A DNA stretch of 62,553 nucleotides, filler included, from Chiloscyllium plagiosum (GCF_004010195.1; 3 parts of one record of this genome joined end to end with filler, not necessarily neighbours in it), one strand, 5' to 3'. Counted from the whole stretch's first letter, positions 23,609 through 35,948 are shown. Notes: generated by a model not told the origin, from the letters alone. Program-made: numbers and translations.

Positions 23609-23620
23609 CAAGATGGCGGC
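23609..23620 (+). promoter_or_regulatory. YY1 consensus motif at the L1 5' end (putative internal Pol II promoter element)
   Basis: CAAGATGGCGGC starts at position +9 of the element. Confidence 0.65.
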
Positions 23621-23762
23621 GATTCTGTAGAACTGCTGTGGACAGCTCTGCCTAACAGCCAAGGCATACCGGTGTTTTTTGCCATCCCTGGCCAACGTAT
23701 GTGGTGGAATTATTAGTTTAAAACCTTACAGAACACAATTGTTAATATTTGGGAGTGGGAAG

Positions 23763-24639
23763 ATGTCAAAGGGAAAAGGAGCAAGCAAACAGCAGCAGGG
23801 AGGACACTTCCCTGCAGCATCAGGCATACCAAAGACTGCAGCAGCCTCTCCTGAACCCCCCGGGGACCTGACAGACTGACAGGAATTCACTGCAGCGATG
23901 GAGAGACTTACCTTGAAAGTTGCAGCTGCGTTTGAGGAAATCTGTGGGGAGATTCGTGCCCAGGTCCAACCTATCACATCCATGCTGCAGAAGCATGAGC
24001 AGGAGATCCAGGGCCTCGGGAAGAGGCTGGAGGGGGTGGAGGGTCGAACTAAGGCCTCGGAAGCTGCGATGGAGACCTCATCCAGTCAGATCCAGGTGCT
24101 GGAGCAAGAGGTGCGGGTCTTGCGAAATCATATCGACAACCTCGAAAATATAGGTGAGAGGGTAAATCTCCGAATTGTTGGGCTCCCTGAAGGTGAGGAA
24201 GGTGAGCAGCCAGTCAGCTTCTTTGAAAGCTGGGCTGCCGAAGTTTTTGGGCCTTCACATAGAGTCCAGTAGGCTTCAGATTGAAAGGGCGTATCGGGTT
24301 AAGGTGCACAGGTCAGGGCCGGTGCAGCACCCCCGCTCGGTCCTAGTGCACTTCCATTCATAGAAGGACAAACAAAAAGTCATAGAAGCTTCCAGATCCC
24401 TGGGAAAAGATCTGCAGGCACTGCTGTACAAGGGGTCAAAAATCATGTTTTTCCAGGATTTTTCAGCAGCTGTAATTTGAAAGAGGAAGTCCTTCGATGA
24501 AGTTAAAAAGAGGCTGAAGAACCTGGGCATCCAGTACTCCATGAGATACCCCGCAGTACTTTGTTTCAGCCGTGAGGACTCAGTTTATACATCTGACTTG
24601 GCGGATATGGCTAAAAACTTTGTGGACACTTTAAAATAG
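23763..24639 (+). pseudogene. L1 ORF1p (coiled coil, RRM, CTD) with stops and a frameshift
   Basis: Heptads then DNLEN...NLRIVGLPEGEE, IERAYR, HPRSVLVHF, FFQDFS, YPA. Confidence 0.9.
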
Positions 24640-25255
24640 ACGGATTGGCCTGAAGAATATGGTTAATGTTTGTTCTCTTTTCTATCTTTCCCCATGTTTT
24701 CCCTTCCTTTTTTTTACTCCTTTCTTTCTCCCTAATAATTTCCTTTTTGGAAAGGGGGAACAAGACTTTGGAATAAGGTGTTCCTATTTTTTAATAACTG
24801 GATTTTCTGATGGGAAATTTTGTGGATGTTCTTTGTTGTCTCTCCCCCTTTTTGTTTGTTCTCCTTCTCTTTTAGTCCCAAGCAGGGGTGACATGAAGCC
24901 AGGGATGGGTGGAGTACTCATCTGGACTTTGTCTTTTCTTCTGTTGATTTAAGGATCATCTCCTTGTTTTTTTTCCTCTGGCCTAAGGCTGTAGCACAGT
25001 CCGGGTTTGAAGGAGCTGTGAAGGAGGGGATGGGTAGGGTGAGTGCCCCCGATGGGCAGAGAGAAGAGTCTTCCATTCAAGGTTCTCTAGTTGGTTTCCT
25101 TTATAGTTTTTTGGTAGTAATAGTTGTTTATAGTTATGATAGAATAGTTTTTGTATATATAGTTTTTTGATTCTATGAGTCTTTATTTACTTATGCTCGG
25201 AGCTTTGTAAGCAGGGTTCTCCCTCCGAGGGGTTCAAGGGTGTCTGAAAGGGGAT

Positions 25256-28200
25256 ATGGCTAAATGTCTTATTAAATGGTGCACATTAAGGGAAGTCATT
25301 CGCCTGTTAAAAGGAAAAAAAAGTGTTTTCTAGCCTTAAGAGGGAAAGGGTTGATATCGCTTTGTTGCAGGAAACCCATTTTGATGATGGGGAACACCTG
25401 AAATTACAGCAGGGGGGTTATGAACGGGTATTCTTTTCATCGCTTACTACTAAAAGTAGGGGAGTGGCAGTACTTATCCAGAAAAATCTTCCATTCGCAT
25501 TATTAGAGCAGGTGAAAGATGAGCAGGAACCGTTTGTGATACTTAAAGCCCTGATACGTGGGGAGGAATATAGCATTTTAAACGTCTTCTGTCCTCCGGC
25601 GCATCCCCTCAAATGTTTGATTAGTGCTTTCTCCAAGTTGAGTGCTTTTGGAACATGGCACATTATTATGGGGGGGGGGGGAGGATTTTAATTGTCTTTT
25701 GGATCCAGCAGTGGACAGGATGCCTTGTGGGCCCCCAACTATTTCTTCACAGGCCCAGCAGGTGGTTGACTTATGCGAGGAGTTGGGGCTGGTGGATATT
25801 TGGAGATGTCTTCACCCTACCGGCAGGGACTTCACTTTTTTTTCAAACCCACATAAATGTCACACAAGGATCGACCTCTTTCTGTCTCCCTCGGCCCTTC
25901 TGGATTCGATTATGAGTTGTAAAGTTGGGAATATAGCTATCTCTGATCACGCGGCAGTATATTTGGAGGTTAAGGCCAAGAGTGAAGGGCTAGGTTTGCG
26001 ACACTGGCGTTTGGACCCTTTTCTCCTTCAAGGATTCCAAATTTGTGGAATACATTTTGAAGGAGTTTCAGGAATTCTGACTATCAACTCAGGCATGGCT
26101 AGTAGACCGTTCACGCTATGGGAGACTCCTAAGGCCTTTGCTAGGGAATTAGCTATTTCCTATTCGGCTAGCCGGAAACAACAGAAAGAGGAACAGCAGC
26201 ATCTAATTGAGACGCGGTTGAAAGCCGCGGAGGCAGCACATTTTGCGCAGCTTTTGGTGACTAAGCTACAGGTGATCAAGGCCCTTTTGGGCTGCCTTGA
26301 ATTCAATACTGACACAAAACGCAAAGAAAGAACTTGCTTTTGCTAGACAGAGGCTGTTTGAATATGGGGATAGGCCAGGGAAGTATTTAGCGTACCTGAC
26401 TAGGAAAAAGCGTGCTCCCCAATCCATTATTGCAATCAGAGACAGCGCCGGGGTCCTTACATACTATGCTAAAAAGATTAATGAGGCTTTTTGGAGCTTT
26501 TACTCTGAATTGTATCGGTCTGAAGGTTGTGAAGACAGGAGGGCTAAACTGGAGAGCTTTAAGAACCTGGACCTCCCAGGGGTAACCTTGGAACAGGCCT
26601 CTCTCCTTAATGCCCCCTTGACAGTTCAGGAAATACAGGAGGCAGCTAGGCAACTTCAGAGTGGAAAAGTGCCTGGCCCTGATGGTCTTCCGGGTGAGTT
26701 GTATAAGGAGGTTATAGGGATTCTGTCAGGGCCGATGTTGGAGATGTACAATCACTCCTATATGCATGAACGCCTACCACCATCTTTGAGAGAAGCTAAT
26801 ATTTCCTTAAGAAAGGGAAGGTTCCTGAGGATTGTGCCTCGTACAGGCCCATCTCTCTATTAAATTCAGATTTCAAGATTGTGTCCAAGATCCTGGCGCT
26901 GAGATTGGAAAGGGTGTTGCCCCATATTATTAGAGAGGACCAGAGAGGCTTTATAAGAGGCCAAAGGTCCTCTAATAATATTAGAAGGTTGCTGAATATG
27001 GTCCAAGTTTGTCAGCAATGATCGATTCAGGGGTTGGTGATTTCCTTAGATGCAGAGAAAGCATTTGACCGGGTGGAATGGCCGTATCTTTTTTATGTCT
27101 TAGAACAGTTTGGGTTGGGTGGAGTCTTTGCTCAGTGGGTGGAGGTTTATATCGCCACCCTCTGGCCATGGTCATCACCAACAGAGTGAAGACTGGGAAT
27201 TTTACGATTGGTAGGGGTAGTCGGCAAGGCTGCCCCCTCTCACCATTGTTGTTTACATTGGTGATAGAGTCGCTGGCAGAGGCCATTCGTCGGAACGTCC
27301 ACCTAACCACTCCGGAAGCGGGATCGAAGACACACAAGATTACACTATATGCGGATGATGTCCTTCTGTTTTTATCGAACCCGATGACCTCCGTACCCCA
27401 TTTGATACAATGTATCAATTCATTTGGAGCTATTTCGGAATATAAGATTAACTTTGCAAAGTCGGAGGATCTGCCTTTGGGGAACCTTAAAGATGTGCCA
27501 GAAGTTGAAGGTGCCTCTAAGTTCCCTTTTAAATGGTCACGGGCAGGGTTCCAATACCTAGGCATTTTTATTACCCCAAGTTTGATCTGTTATTTCGGAC
27601 TAGCTTTGCTCACTTGCTCGACAATATTAGGCGAGATCTCCAGAGATGGGAGGCTCTTCCAATTTCATGGCTGGGCCGAATATCTCTCATTAAGATGAAT
27701 GTTCTTCCTCATTTGCTTTATCCCATGTGTATGCTCCCTATAATGTTTTCCAGGTCAATGCTGAGGAAGCTTATGGGGTGGTTTGGTTCCTTTGTTTGGC
27801 ATCGTGGGCGGCCCCTCATCAAACTTACTAAATTGCAGTTGCCTCAAGGAGGGGGAGGAGTTGATTTCCCAGACATGAGAAGATATCAATTGAGTTCCCT
27901 GCTGTCCTTTGTCTGTAATGATCCAAACTCAATATGGCTGGATATTGAGGCCTCCCAAGCAAAGTGCCCTCTTATTAACCTGTTGTTCATGGATAAGATG
28001 AGGACAGTTATGGACCACTGCCCGAACCCCATTGTCATTAGTACAGTCAAGGCCTGGAGGGCGATGCGTCAGAGTGAGGGTTGTTTATCCAAGACTTCGC
28101 CACTTACACCTATAGTTGGCATGCCAGGGTTCTGACCAGGGATGATGGACTCAGGGTTCAAACTATGGGCAATGAGAGGAGTTTCTAATTTGGGAGACTT

Positions 28201-29172
28201 GTTTGAGGGGGAGGTTATGATGTCTTTTGAACAACTGAGCCGCAAATACGGGTTGCCCAGCAGAGACCTTTTCCGTTTTTTTCAGGTTAGGGATTTCATC
28301 CAGAAGAAGACTATGCTTCTCACTAAGCCCTATAGGCTCGGTCCAGAGAGGTTGTTGCTATGTTCCACAAGCACCCTTTCGGTTAGTGCCCTCTATCACC
28401 TGCTGGGTGGCAGGGCCTGGCAGGATATTAACTGGTTATGTGAGGTCTGGGAGCAAGAGCTAAGAGTGGAGATCTCTTCTGCAACATGGGAGAACATATG
28501 GGAGAATACTCGAAAGATCTCAATCTATAATAGGACATGCGCTACGCAGTTAAAAGTTCTGCACAGGGCTCATCTGGCATCAGACCGACTGGCGAAGTTT
28601 AAAAAAGGGGCATCTTCAGTGTGCCCCAAATGTAAAAAAAAGTGTAGGTACTCTTACCCATTGCTTCTGTACATGCCACAGGCTCTCTGCACAGGGCTCA
28701 TCTGGCATCAGACCGACTGGCGAAGTTTAAAAAAGGGGCATCTTCAGTGTGCCCCAAATGTAAAAAAAAAGTGTAGGTACTCTTCCCCATTGCTTCTGTA
28801 CATGCCACAGGCTCCGTGTTTATTGGAGCGCTGTGGCGGGAGAGATAGGGAGGGTATTGAGGACTAAAGTCAAAGTAGACCCGACATCTCTCCTCTTATG
28901 TCTACCAAATTTACCATCTTTAGACGGGCATGGGAAAAAAACTATTTAATATTCTTGCATACTGTGCACGGAACAATATCCTGATGAACTGGGTGTCTGA
29001 GAACCCACCGGGCTTGCTGGGATGGCAGAAATTAATTATGGAGCACATTCCCTTGGACTTTTTCACAAACGTGGTGCACCACACAACAGACAATTTTTAT
29101 AAGACATGGCAGCCCTACTTGCGTTATTTGGATATAGATTTATCAGTTATCTTAACTAGGGCATTTGTTTAA
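25256..29172 (+). pseudogene. L1 ORF2p (APE, RT, CCHC knuckle) with multiple frameshifts and stops
   Basis: LLQETH, DFN, RID, ISDH, PGPDG, RQGCPLSP, LYADD, YLG, CPKC...HC. Confidence 0.92.
28558..28814 (+). repeat. Tandem duplication (128 + 129 bp) of the L1 zinc-knuckle region
   Basis: 28558-28685 and 28686-28814 differ by one substitution and one A in a homopolymer. Confidence 0.95.
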
Positions 29173-31399
29173 TCAGGATGGTTAGATTTGTCAAACCCTG
29201 GGCCCTGGAGGGGGTCTCCTGAGTTAATATGGGTATATATACAATGCTCCCGTTCCTTTGTTTGGGAACCTTGCGCCGAGCATAGCTGTTCTGTATTTTG
29301 TGTTTGTTTTTTGTTTTTCTTTTCTTTCCTTTTGGTGTTACTTTGCACAGTGTTAGGGTTTGCTTTGTATTATAGGGTAGGTTAGTAGTTAGTAGATAGT
29401 AGTTGTATTGTAATTTGTGTTTTTTGTCTTTTTATTATACTGATATTTGTGATTGATTGTTTTTTCAATAATTTTATATGTTTGTAAAGCTAAAATAATT
29501 GCTAAAAAATATATATACAAACAAAAGGTGGTAAGGACAAGCCAGGGAATTATAGGCCAGTGAGCCTGATGTCGCGGGTGGGCAAGTTGTTGGAGGGAAT
29601 CCTGAGGGATAGGATGTACATGTATTTGGAAAAACAAGGACTGATTAGGGATAGCCAACAAGGCTTTGTGCGTGGGAAATCATGTCTCACAAACTTGATT
29701 GAGTTTTTTGAAGAAATAACAAAGAAGATTGATGAGAGCAGAGCGGTAGATGTGATCTATATGGACTTCAGTAAGGCGTTCGACAAGGTTCCCCATGGGA
29801 GATTGGTTAGCAAGGTTAGATCTTATGAAATACAGGGAGAACTAGCCATTTGGATACAGAACAGTTTCAAAGGTAAAAGACAGAGGGTAGTGGCGGAGGG
29901 TTGTTTTTCAGACTGGAGGCCTGTGACCAGTGGAGTGCCACAAGGATTGGTGCTGGGTCCTCTACTGTTTGTCATTTACATAAATGATTTGGATGTGAGC
30001 ATAAAAGGTACGGTTAGTAAGTTTGCAGATGACACCAAAATTGGAGATGTAGTTGACAGCGAAGAGGGTTACCTCAGATTACAACGGGATCTGGACCAGA
30101 TGGGCCAATGGGCTGAGAAGTGGCAGATGGAATTTAATTCAGATAAATGTGAGGTGCTGCATTTTGGGAAAGCAAAGCTTAGCAGGACGTATACACTTAA
30201 TGGTAAGGTCCTACGGAGTGTTACTGAACAAAGAGACTTTGGAGTGCAGGTTCATAGCTCCTTGAAAGTGGAGTCGCAGGTAGATATTGGTCAGAGTATT
30301 GAGTACATGAGTTGGGAGGTCATGTTGCGGCTGTACAGGACATTGGTTAGGCCACTGTTGGAATATTGTGTGCAATTCTGGTCTCCTTCCTATTAGAAGG
30401 ATGTTGTGAAACTTGAAAGGGTTAAGAAAAAATTTACAAAGATATTGCCAGGGTTGGAGGATTTGAGCTGTAGGGAGAGGCTGAACAGGCTGGGGCTGTT
30501 TTCCCTGGAGTATTGGAGGCTGAGGGGTGACCTTATAGAAGTTTACAAAATTATGAGGGGCATGGATAGGGTAAATAGACAAAGTGTTTTCCCTGGGTTC
30601 AGGGAGTCCAGAACAAGAGGGTATAAGTTTAAGGGGGAGAGGGGAAAGATATAAAAGAGGCCTAGGGGGCAACTTTTTCACACAGAAGGTGGTACGGGTA
30701 TGGAATGAGCTGCCAGAGGAAGTGGTGGAGGCTGCTACAATTGCAACATTTAAGAGGCATTTGGATGGGTATATGAATAGGAAGGGTTTGGAGGGATATG
30801 GGCCGGGTGCTGGCAGGTGGGAGTAGATTGGGTTGGGATATCTGGTCGGCATGGACGGGTTGGACCGAAGGGTCTGTTTCCATGCTGTACATCTCTATGA
30901 CTCTAAACTGAGACTATGGGGTGCCTCAGGGTTTGGCCCTCTACCGCCATCTTCTGGCAATCTACATTAATTACCTGGATGCCGGGCTAGAATGTACTTC
31001 GGGAGTCGGCAGGAAAATGGAGCTGAGGCTGAGATGAGATCAGCCATGATCTTACCAAATGGCTGAGTAAATTTGAGCAGCTGAATTACCTATTCCTGCT
31101 CCTGGTTCTTATGTTTATAAAAGGATACTATAGGTATAGTACTTCAGGACCTTTTCAGCAAAAATAAAACATTATAAATGGAAAAATTGTACAGTCCTAA
31201 ATGCCCATACCATAGATGAAATATGTTTTCAAATACATATATTTAAGTTATAAAAGAAATATAATGTACAGCTAATATAAATCAGCGTAAAGCAAATTCA
31301 CCCATCAGCTGCATGAGTTGTGATGGACCAGGTTCCATCTAGTGGCAAACATTAACTGGTGCAGGTAGTTTCTGACAGTCTCAGGAGTTTGAAAAGTGA

Positions 31400-31525
31400 A
31401 GTACCGTGGGTGCTTGCAATCTGAAATAAAAACAGAAAGTACGAGAGAAACTCAACAGTTCTGGCAGCATCTGTGGGGAGAGAAACAGAGTTAACATTTC
31501 AAGTCTAATACCATTTCTTATGAAT
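31400..31525 (-). mobile_element. PLE family C terminal fragment
   Basis: AATCTGAAATAAAAACAGAAA...GGCAGCATCTGTGGGGAGAGAAACAGAGTTAACATTTC. Confidence 0.65.
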
Positions 31526-31689
31526 TGAAAGGGACTGGATCATGGTTTTTTTTTGTGCTGGTGACAGAGGGAGAGGAAAAGGAGATCAAATGTAAAAGGG
31601 AGTATTAATAGGGTAAAGGAAGGTTAAAGATGCAAAAGAGGTGTAAATGTTAGGTGTAAGAAGGTGTAATGTATCGATAGCCCTTTGTA

Positions 31690-34280
31690 GTTTCCTAAAA
31701 CTTCACAAGTTATTTTTTTACCTGTCTTTGTAACATCCACAAATTTAGCATTGGTACCTTAAATCCCATTATTCAAACGATTTATATAAATTATAAGAAG
31801 TTGAGGCCCCTGCACCTATCCCTGTGGTTAACCATTCGTTGCATCTTGAGAGCCACAAAAAGACCCATTTAGGCAAACTCTGTTTCCTGTTAGTTCGCTG
31901 TTAAGGATGCCCACGATTGAGTGGCACAAAATGGCCGACAGCTGCCCATGACTAATGTAGCAGAACATGGCTGACAGTAGTTACAGCGCTTGGGAAAATA
32001 CTTGCTTATTGTAGTTCTCACAAGTAGAACAATAGTAGTTCTGTATAATCAAAGTTACTGAACTGAGATAGAACATGGAACTGCAGTTGCTTATAGATAA
32101 AAACATGTCACACTAATTAATTGTTTCTCTTGAATTATTTAATCAATCTGTTACAATATTAAGAATAGGTTTGAGTTAAAATTATTTAGATAATCATAGA
32201 TATAGATGCTAAAGGAGTTATAGATCCACGTATATACAAAAATTCATGAAAAGCATTAGAGGAAAAGATTCGGACAGTAAAGGCAACCATCTTACCCCCA
32301 AATCACTGCAGGGAGGAATGAATACAAAGATTAGCAAACATTGGAGTGTGGATTGAATGAAAACATAAAGACACAACTTGTTAGCTAAGAGATCTAACAC
32401 TAGCCTTTCTTCTCTTCAGTCCAATATGTTAGCCCCTACTCCATTTGGCATTATTTTACACAGTAACCTTCAAAGTGGCACTTTATCAAATGCCTTCTGA
32501 TCTAAGCACAGTACATCCACCAGTTCCCTTTATCACAGTTACTTCTTCAAAGTGTTACAATAAATTGATTAGATGTGATTTCCCTTGCACAAAACCATGC
32601 ATACTCTACCTGATTATCATGTTTTTTTCTAAGTGTCCTGCAGTAATGTCTTCAGGAATAGTTTTTGGTCTTAGAGAAAATACTAACATTCAGCTAACTG
32701 GCCTGTAGGTTCCTGCTTTCTATCTTCCCATGCTCTCCTCCTTCCCCATCTTTTAAAATAATGAAGTTATATTTGCTACTTTCCAATCTAATGAGTCTTC
32801 CCAGAATGTTAGCAAATTAGAACAACATATCAACTATTTCACCAGTTACTTCTTTCAAGACCAAATGCTGAAGTCATAGAGTCATAGAGATGTCTAGCAC
32901 AGAAACAGACACTTTGGTCCAACTCTTCCATGCCAACCAGATACCCTAACCTAATCCAGCACTTGGGCCATATGTCTCTGAACCCTTCCTAGTCATATAC
33001 CCATCCAGATGCCTTTTAAAAGTTGCAATTGTACTAGCCTCCACCACTTCCTCTGGCAGCTCATTCCATACATACATCATCCTCTGTAAATCTTTCCCTT
33101 CTCACCCAAACTCTATGCCCTCTAGTTCATCAGGACCTCGGAAGTTGTCAGCCCACAACTCCAACAATTTACTCAGTACCACTTCCTTGGTGATCTTAAC
33201 TTTCTTAAATTCCACGCTTTCTTTCCTTTCCTGAGTTTCTGTAATTTCTACAAGATAGCTGCTATCCTCTACAGTGAAGACCGATGTAAATGCTTGTTTA
33301 ATTCCATTGTCTTCTCCTTATTTTCCATTATTAATTCCCCAGACTTGATTTCTACGGAACTAACACTCACTTTGTTAATTTTTCTTTACATTTTACATAT
33401 CTATAGTGATTCTTATGATCTGTTTTTATATTTCTAGTTAACTTTTTCTCTCATATTTTAATCAATCTTTGATTTTGATTTTCTGCGCAATCAACTGATC
33501 TGTCACTCATCTTTGTGTGATGAGCTTTTAAAAAAGTTTTGATACTATCTTTAACATTCTTCATCAACCATGGATGGTGACAGTTTACCTTGGAACTTTC
33601 ATTCCTTTAGGGAATGCATCTATTCTGTATATTCTGGGATATTCCCTTAAAGGTCTGCCACTGTTTCTCAATTAACCGATCACTTAGCCTAATTTAACAG
33701 TTCACTTCAGTGTGTTCTCTTTACTTGCCCTCACACATGCCCAAAAAATGCACAACTTGTACCCACTCCTCACTCCCAAAAAATCAGTTTAAAATTCAAT
33801 CATGTATCAATCACTGCACGTTAAGGAGCCAATGCACTGAGATATTTAGTAAATCCCATTTTATTGCACAGTACATTTTACTCTCGGCATGGCTCCAGAA
33901 CATGTTCTTCTGTGAAACTATCCTGAAAAGATTCCTCTTCCGGGCTACTTTTGCCCAATGTATTTTTACAATCTATATGTAGTTAAAATCCCTCCTGATT
34001 ATGGCTGTATGTTTCTGAGAAGCTCCTATTAGTGGTCCTTCACTAATACCAAATCCTACTGTGCATTTACAGTTTGTGGTCTGGACACCATTCATACCAG
34101 TGACTTCTTGCCTTTATTATTTCCCATCTTGACTCAAACTGCTTCTGCTTCCTGGTTTCCCAAACTAGGTTCCTCTCTTGTTATTGTTGTAACAACATCA
34201 TTAATTAATGATGCCACCTCTCCACCTTTTCCTAGCTCCCTATCCTCTCCAAATAACCCGTACCCTTCAATATTTTGGTA
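31690..34280 (-). mobile_element. Old degraded CR1 ORF2, split by a putative solo LTR and a young CR1 3' end (32872-33126)
   Basis: Reverse-strand remnants of the HGF-xx-GKS (about 32575-32600), KAFDKV (about 32475-32497) and GDFN (about 33983-33993) motifs. Confidence 0.6.
31899..32399. mobile_element. Probable solo LTR (about 500 bp)
   Basis: TGTTA...TAACA termini; host CR1 is continuous across it; 5-bp flanks TTCGC / CTAGC match only partly. Confidence 0.5.
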
Positions 34281-34489
34281 TCAATCTACTGGCTGAATGT
34301 TTATCAAAAATTGGCTAAGTGTCAGTTTCAGGGAGTATTGTTTGGAACTACTCGATGCTGCCAGAACCTTCCAGGGTTCCTGTCGTTGGTGTCATATTTA
34401 GACCCTAGCTGTGTACCAGATCAAGAAGACACTCCAGGGAGCTTCCTCCCACTTGCAAAGTTAGAAGGATTCCCTGGAGTGACTAACAG

Positions 34490-35900
34490 AGACAAATTGA
34501 TGCCCCCCTAATCAATTTGCTGACAGAGACCCGGAGTGCTGGTAGACACTCTGGTCAAGAGGAGAGCTGCTTTCTTTCCTCAGGGCCTGCCAGCCTTCTC
34601 CCAAGTTGCCATCCAGGTCAGTCCAGAGGAAGAGCTAGCAATGCAGGAGAAAGGTTAATGACATGCTGCACTCCATCAGGGTTGTGACTTCATGGCATCA
34701 GAGAGTGAAAGCCTATGGAATTTACCACCACAGAAAGCAATCAAAGTCAAAACATTATATGATTTCAAGAAGCAGTTGCATATAATACTTGGGGCTAAAG
34801 TGATCAAAGGATATAGGAGAAAGGCAGGAACTGGCTGTTGAGTCACATGATCAGCCATGGTCATAATGAATGGCCTACTCTTGCTCCTATTTACCCAGTT
34901 TCGATGTTTTCTTGTTACTAGGTCACGCTCACTCTGTCTCTGCTACCGCACCCAGCTCTAACCAATGCTCATGTTTCACCAGTCTCATTACATGCAGCAT
35001 CGTCCTCACACATTTTCATCAGGCCACTGCCACACGACTAACCCTTCCTGCCCTCTGCGCTGTCTGTATGTCCACTCAGGGCACTTCACCAGCTTTACCC
35101 CACCTACACACCTTGACAGCTATGCCAACCACTTCCAGCTCACTCGATCCTGCTGTTTGACTCATTCCAGGAGAAAACATCCCTCAATAAGGTGGAGAGA
35201 TAGCCAAGACGGGTGGTGGGATGCCCGAGATCTGTCCCTTTGCCCTTTCCGGGAGAGATTCCCTGTGCTAGCGGGAGAGGGCTGTGACTATGTGGTGTTG
35301 CTGAGATCTCCAAATCCCAGCTACAAGCAGGAATCATTCCCTGGTGCTCTCTGTATCAGCATCGTAATTGTATTCTTAACAGGCCCAGATATCTAAACAC
35401 ATTTCACTATTCGTCACTTCCCTATTGTCTCCAGCAGGCACCTGTGACATCCACATGATCTCCGCTCTGGAGAGACAAGACCCTCAAGACATCAACTCTG
35501 ACCTCCCACCCCCTCCACCTCATGGAAAGCAGCCACAGATCCCCCAGAGGACTACCTCCAGCAGCTGAGACTCTGATACCTCAATGAGTACGTCCACTAG
35601 ATGACAGCACTTGCTGGTGAATGCATCACTGTCACATCTCTGAAGCTGCTGTAAAAGAGATGCCCCAGGTCACTGGCTCTCAGAGGATTGACAGAGACCG
35701 GGGACCTGCTGCACCCCTCAGGCAGGTGAGGGCTCTCTGGTGTTAGTCATTAATAACTTCATCCATAAAGACAGGCAGACACAGCAACAGCAGCAGCAGG
35801 CAGCTTTGTCAGACGCACTGGGCAAATTGACTCAAAGGGCCGTGAAGACGCCTAATGCTGTTTGCAAACTGCGGCCTCGGTCTGTCTCCAGGAGCATATT
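34490..35900 (+). pseudogene. Decayed spliced Myb/SANT-like gene of the PIF/Harbinger type
   Basis: FADRD-x-VLVDTLVKRRAAFFPQ...FSQVAIQVS...QCRRKVNDMLHSIR|gt (34680); acceptor at 35170 then EKTSLNKVER..KTGGGMPEI..LAGE; further acceptor at 35437; frameshifted. Confidence 0.55.
34698..34905 (+). mobile_element. Old CR1 3' fragment inside the putative intron
   Basis: TGGAATTTACCACCACAGAAAGC...GATCAAAGGATATAGG...GATCAGCCATG...AATGGCCTACTC. Confidence 0.65.
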
Positions 35901-35948
35901 GCTGCCCACAAGGGAGGGCCAGGTGTAGCACCCTCACTGCCCACTCTG

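Larger units (their letters stand above)
23601..29523 (+). mobile_element. Full-length L1-clade LINE (about 5.9 kb) nested in CR1
   Basis: Short 5' UTR, ORF1, about 620-bp spacer, ORF2, T-rich 3' UTR, A-rich tail; TSD AAAGGTGGT (23592-23600 / 29524-29532). Confidence 0.93.
22267..30826 (+). pseudogene. CR1 ORF2 (APE endonuclease plus RT), disrupted by stops, a gap and the L1 insertion
   Basis: PLFKKGG at 23580-23600 resumes as KGGKDKPGNYRPVSL at 29524. Confidence 0.9.
20796..30905 (+). mobile_element. Near full-length CR1 LINE (5' UTR, ORF1, ORF2, 3' UTR), interrupted by an L1-clade element
   Basis: ORF1 esterase; APE motifs YFNARGL, ITETW, VGDFN; RT motifs QGLVLGP and FADD; tail TCTATGACTCTA; 5' boundary approximate. 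Confidence 0.95.
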
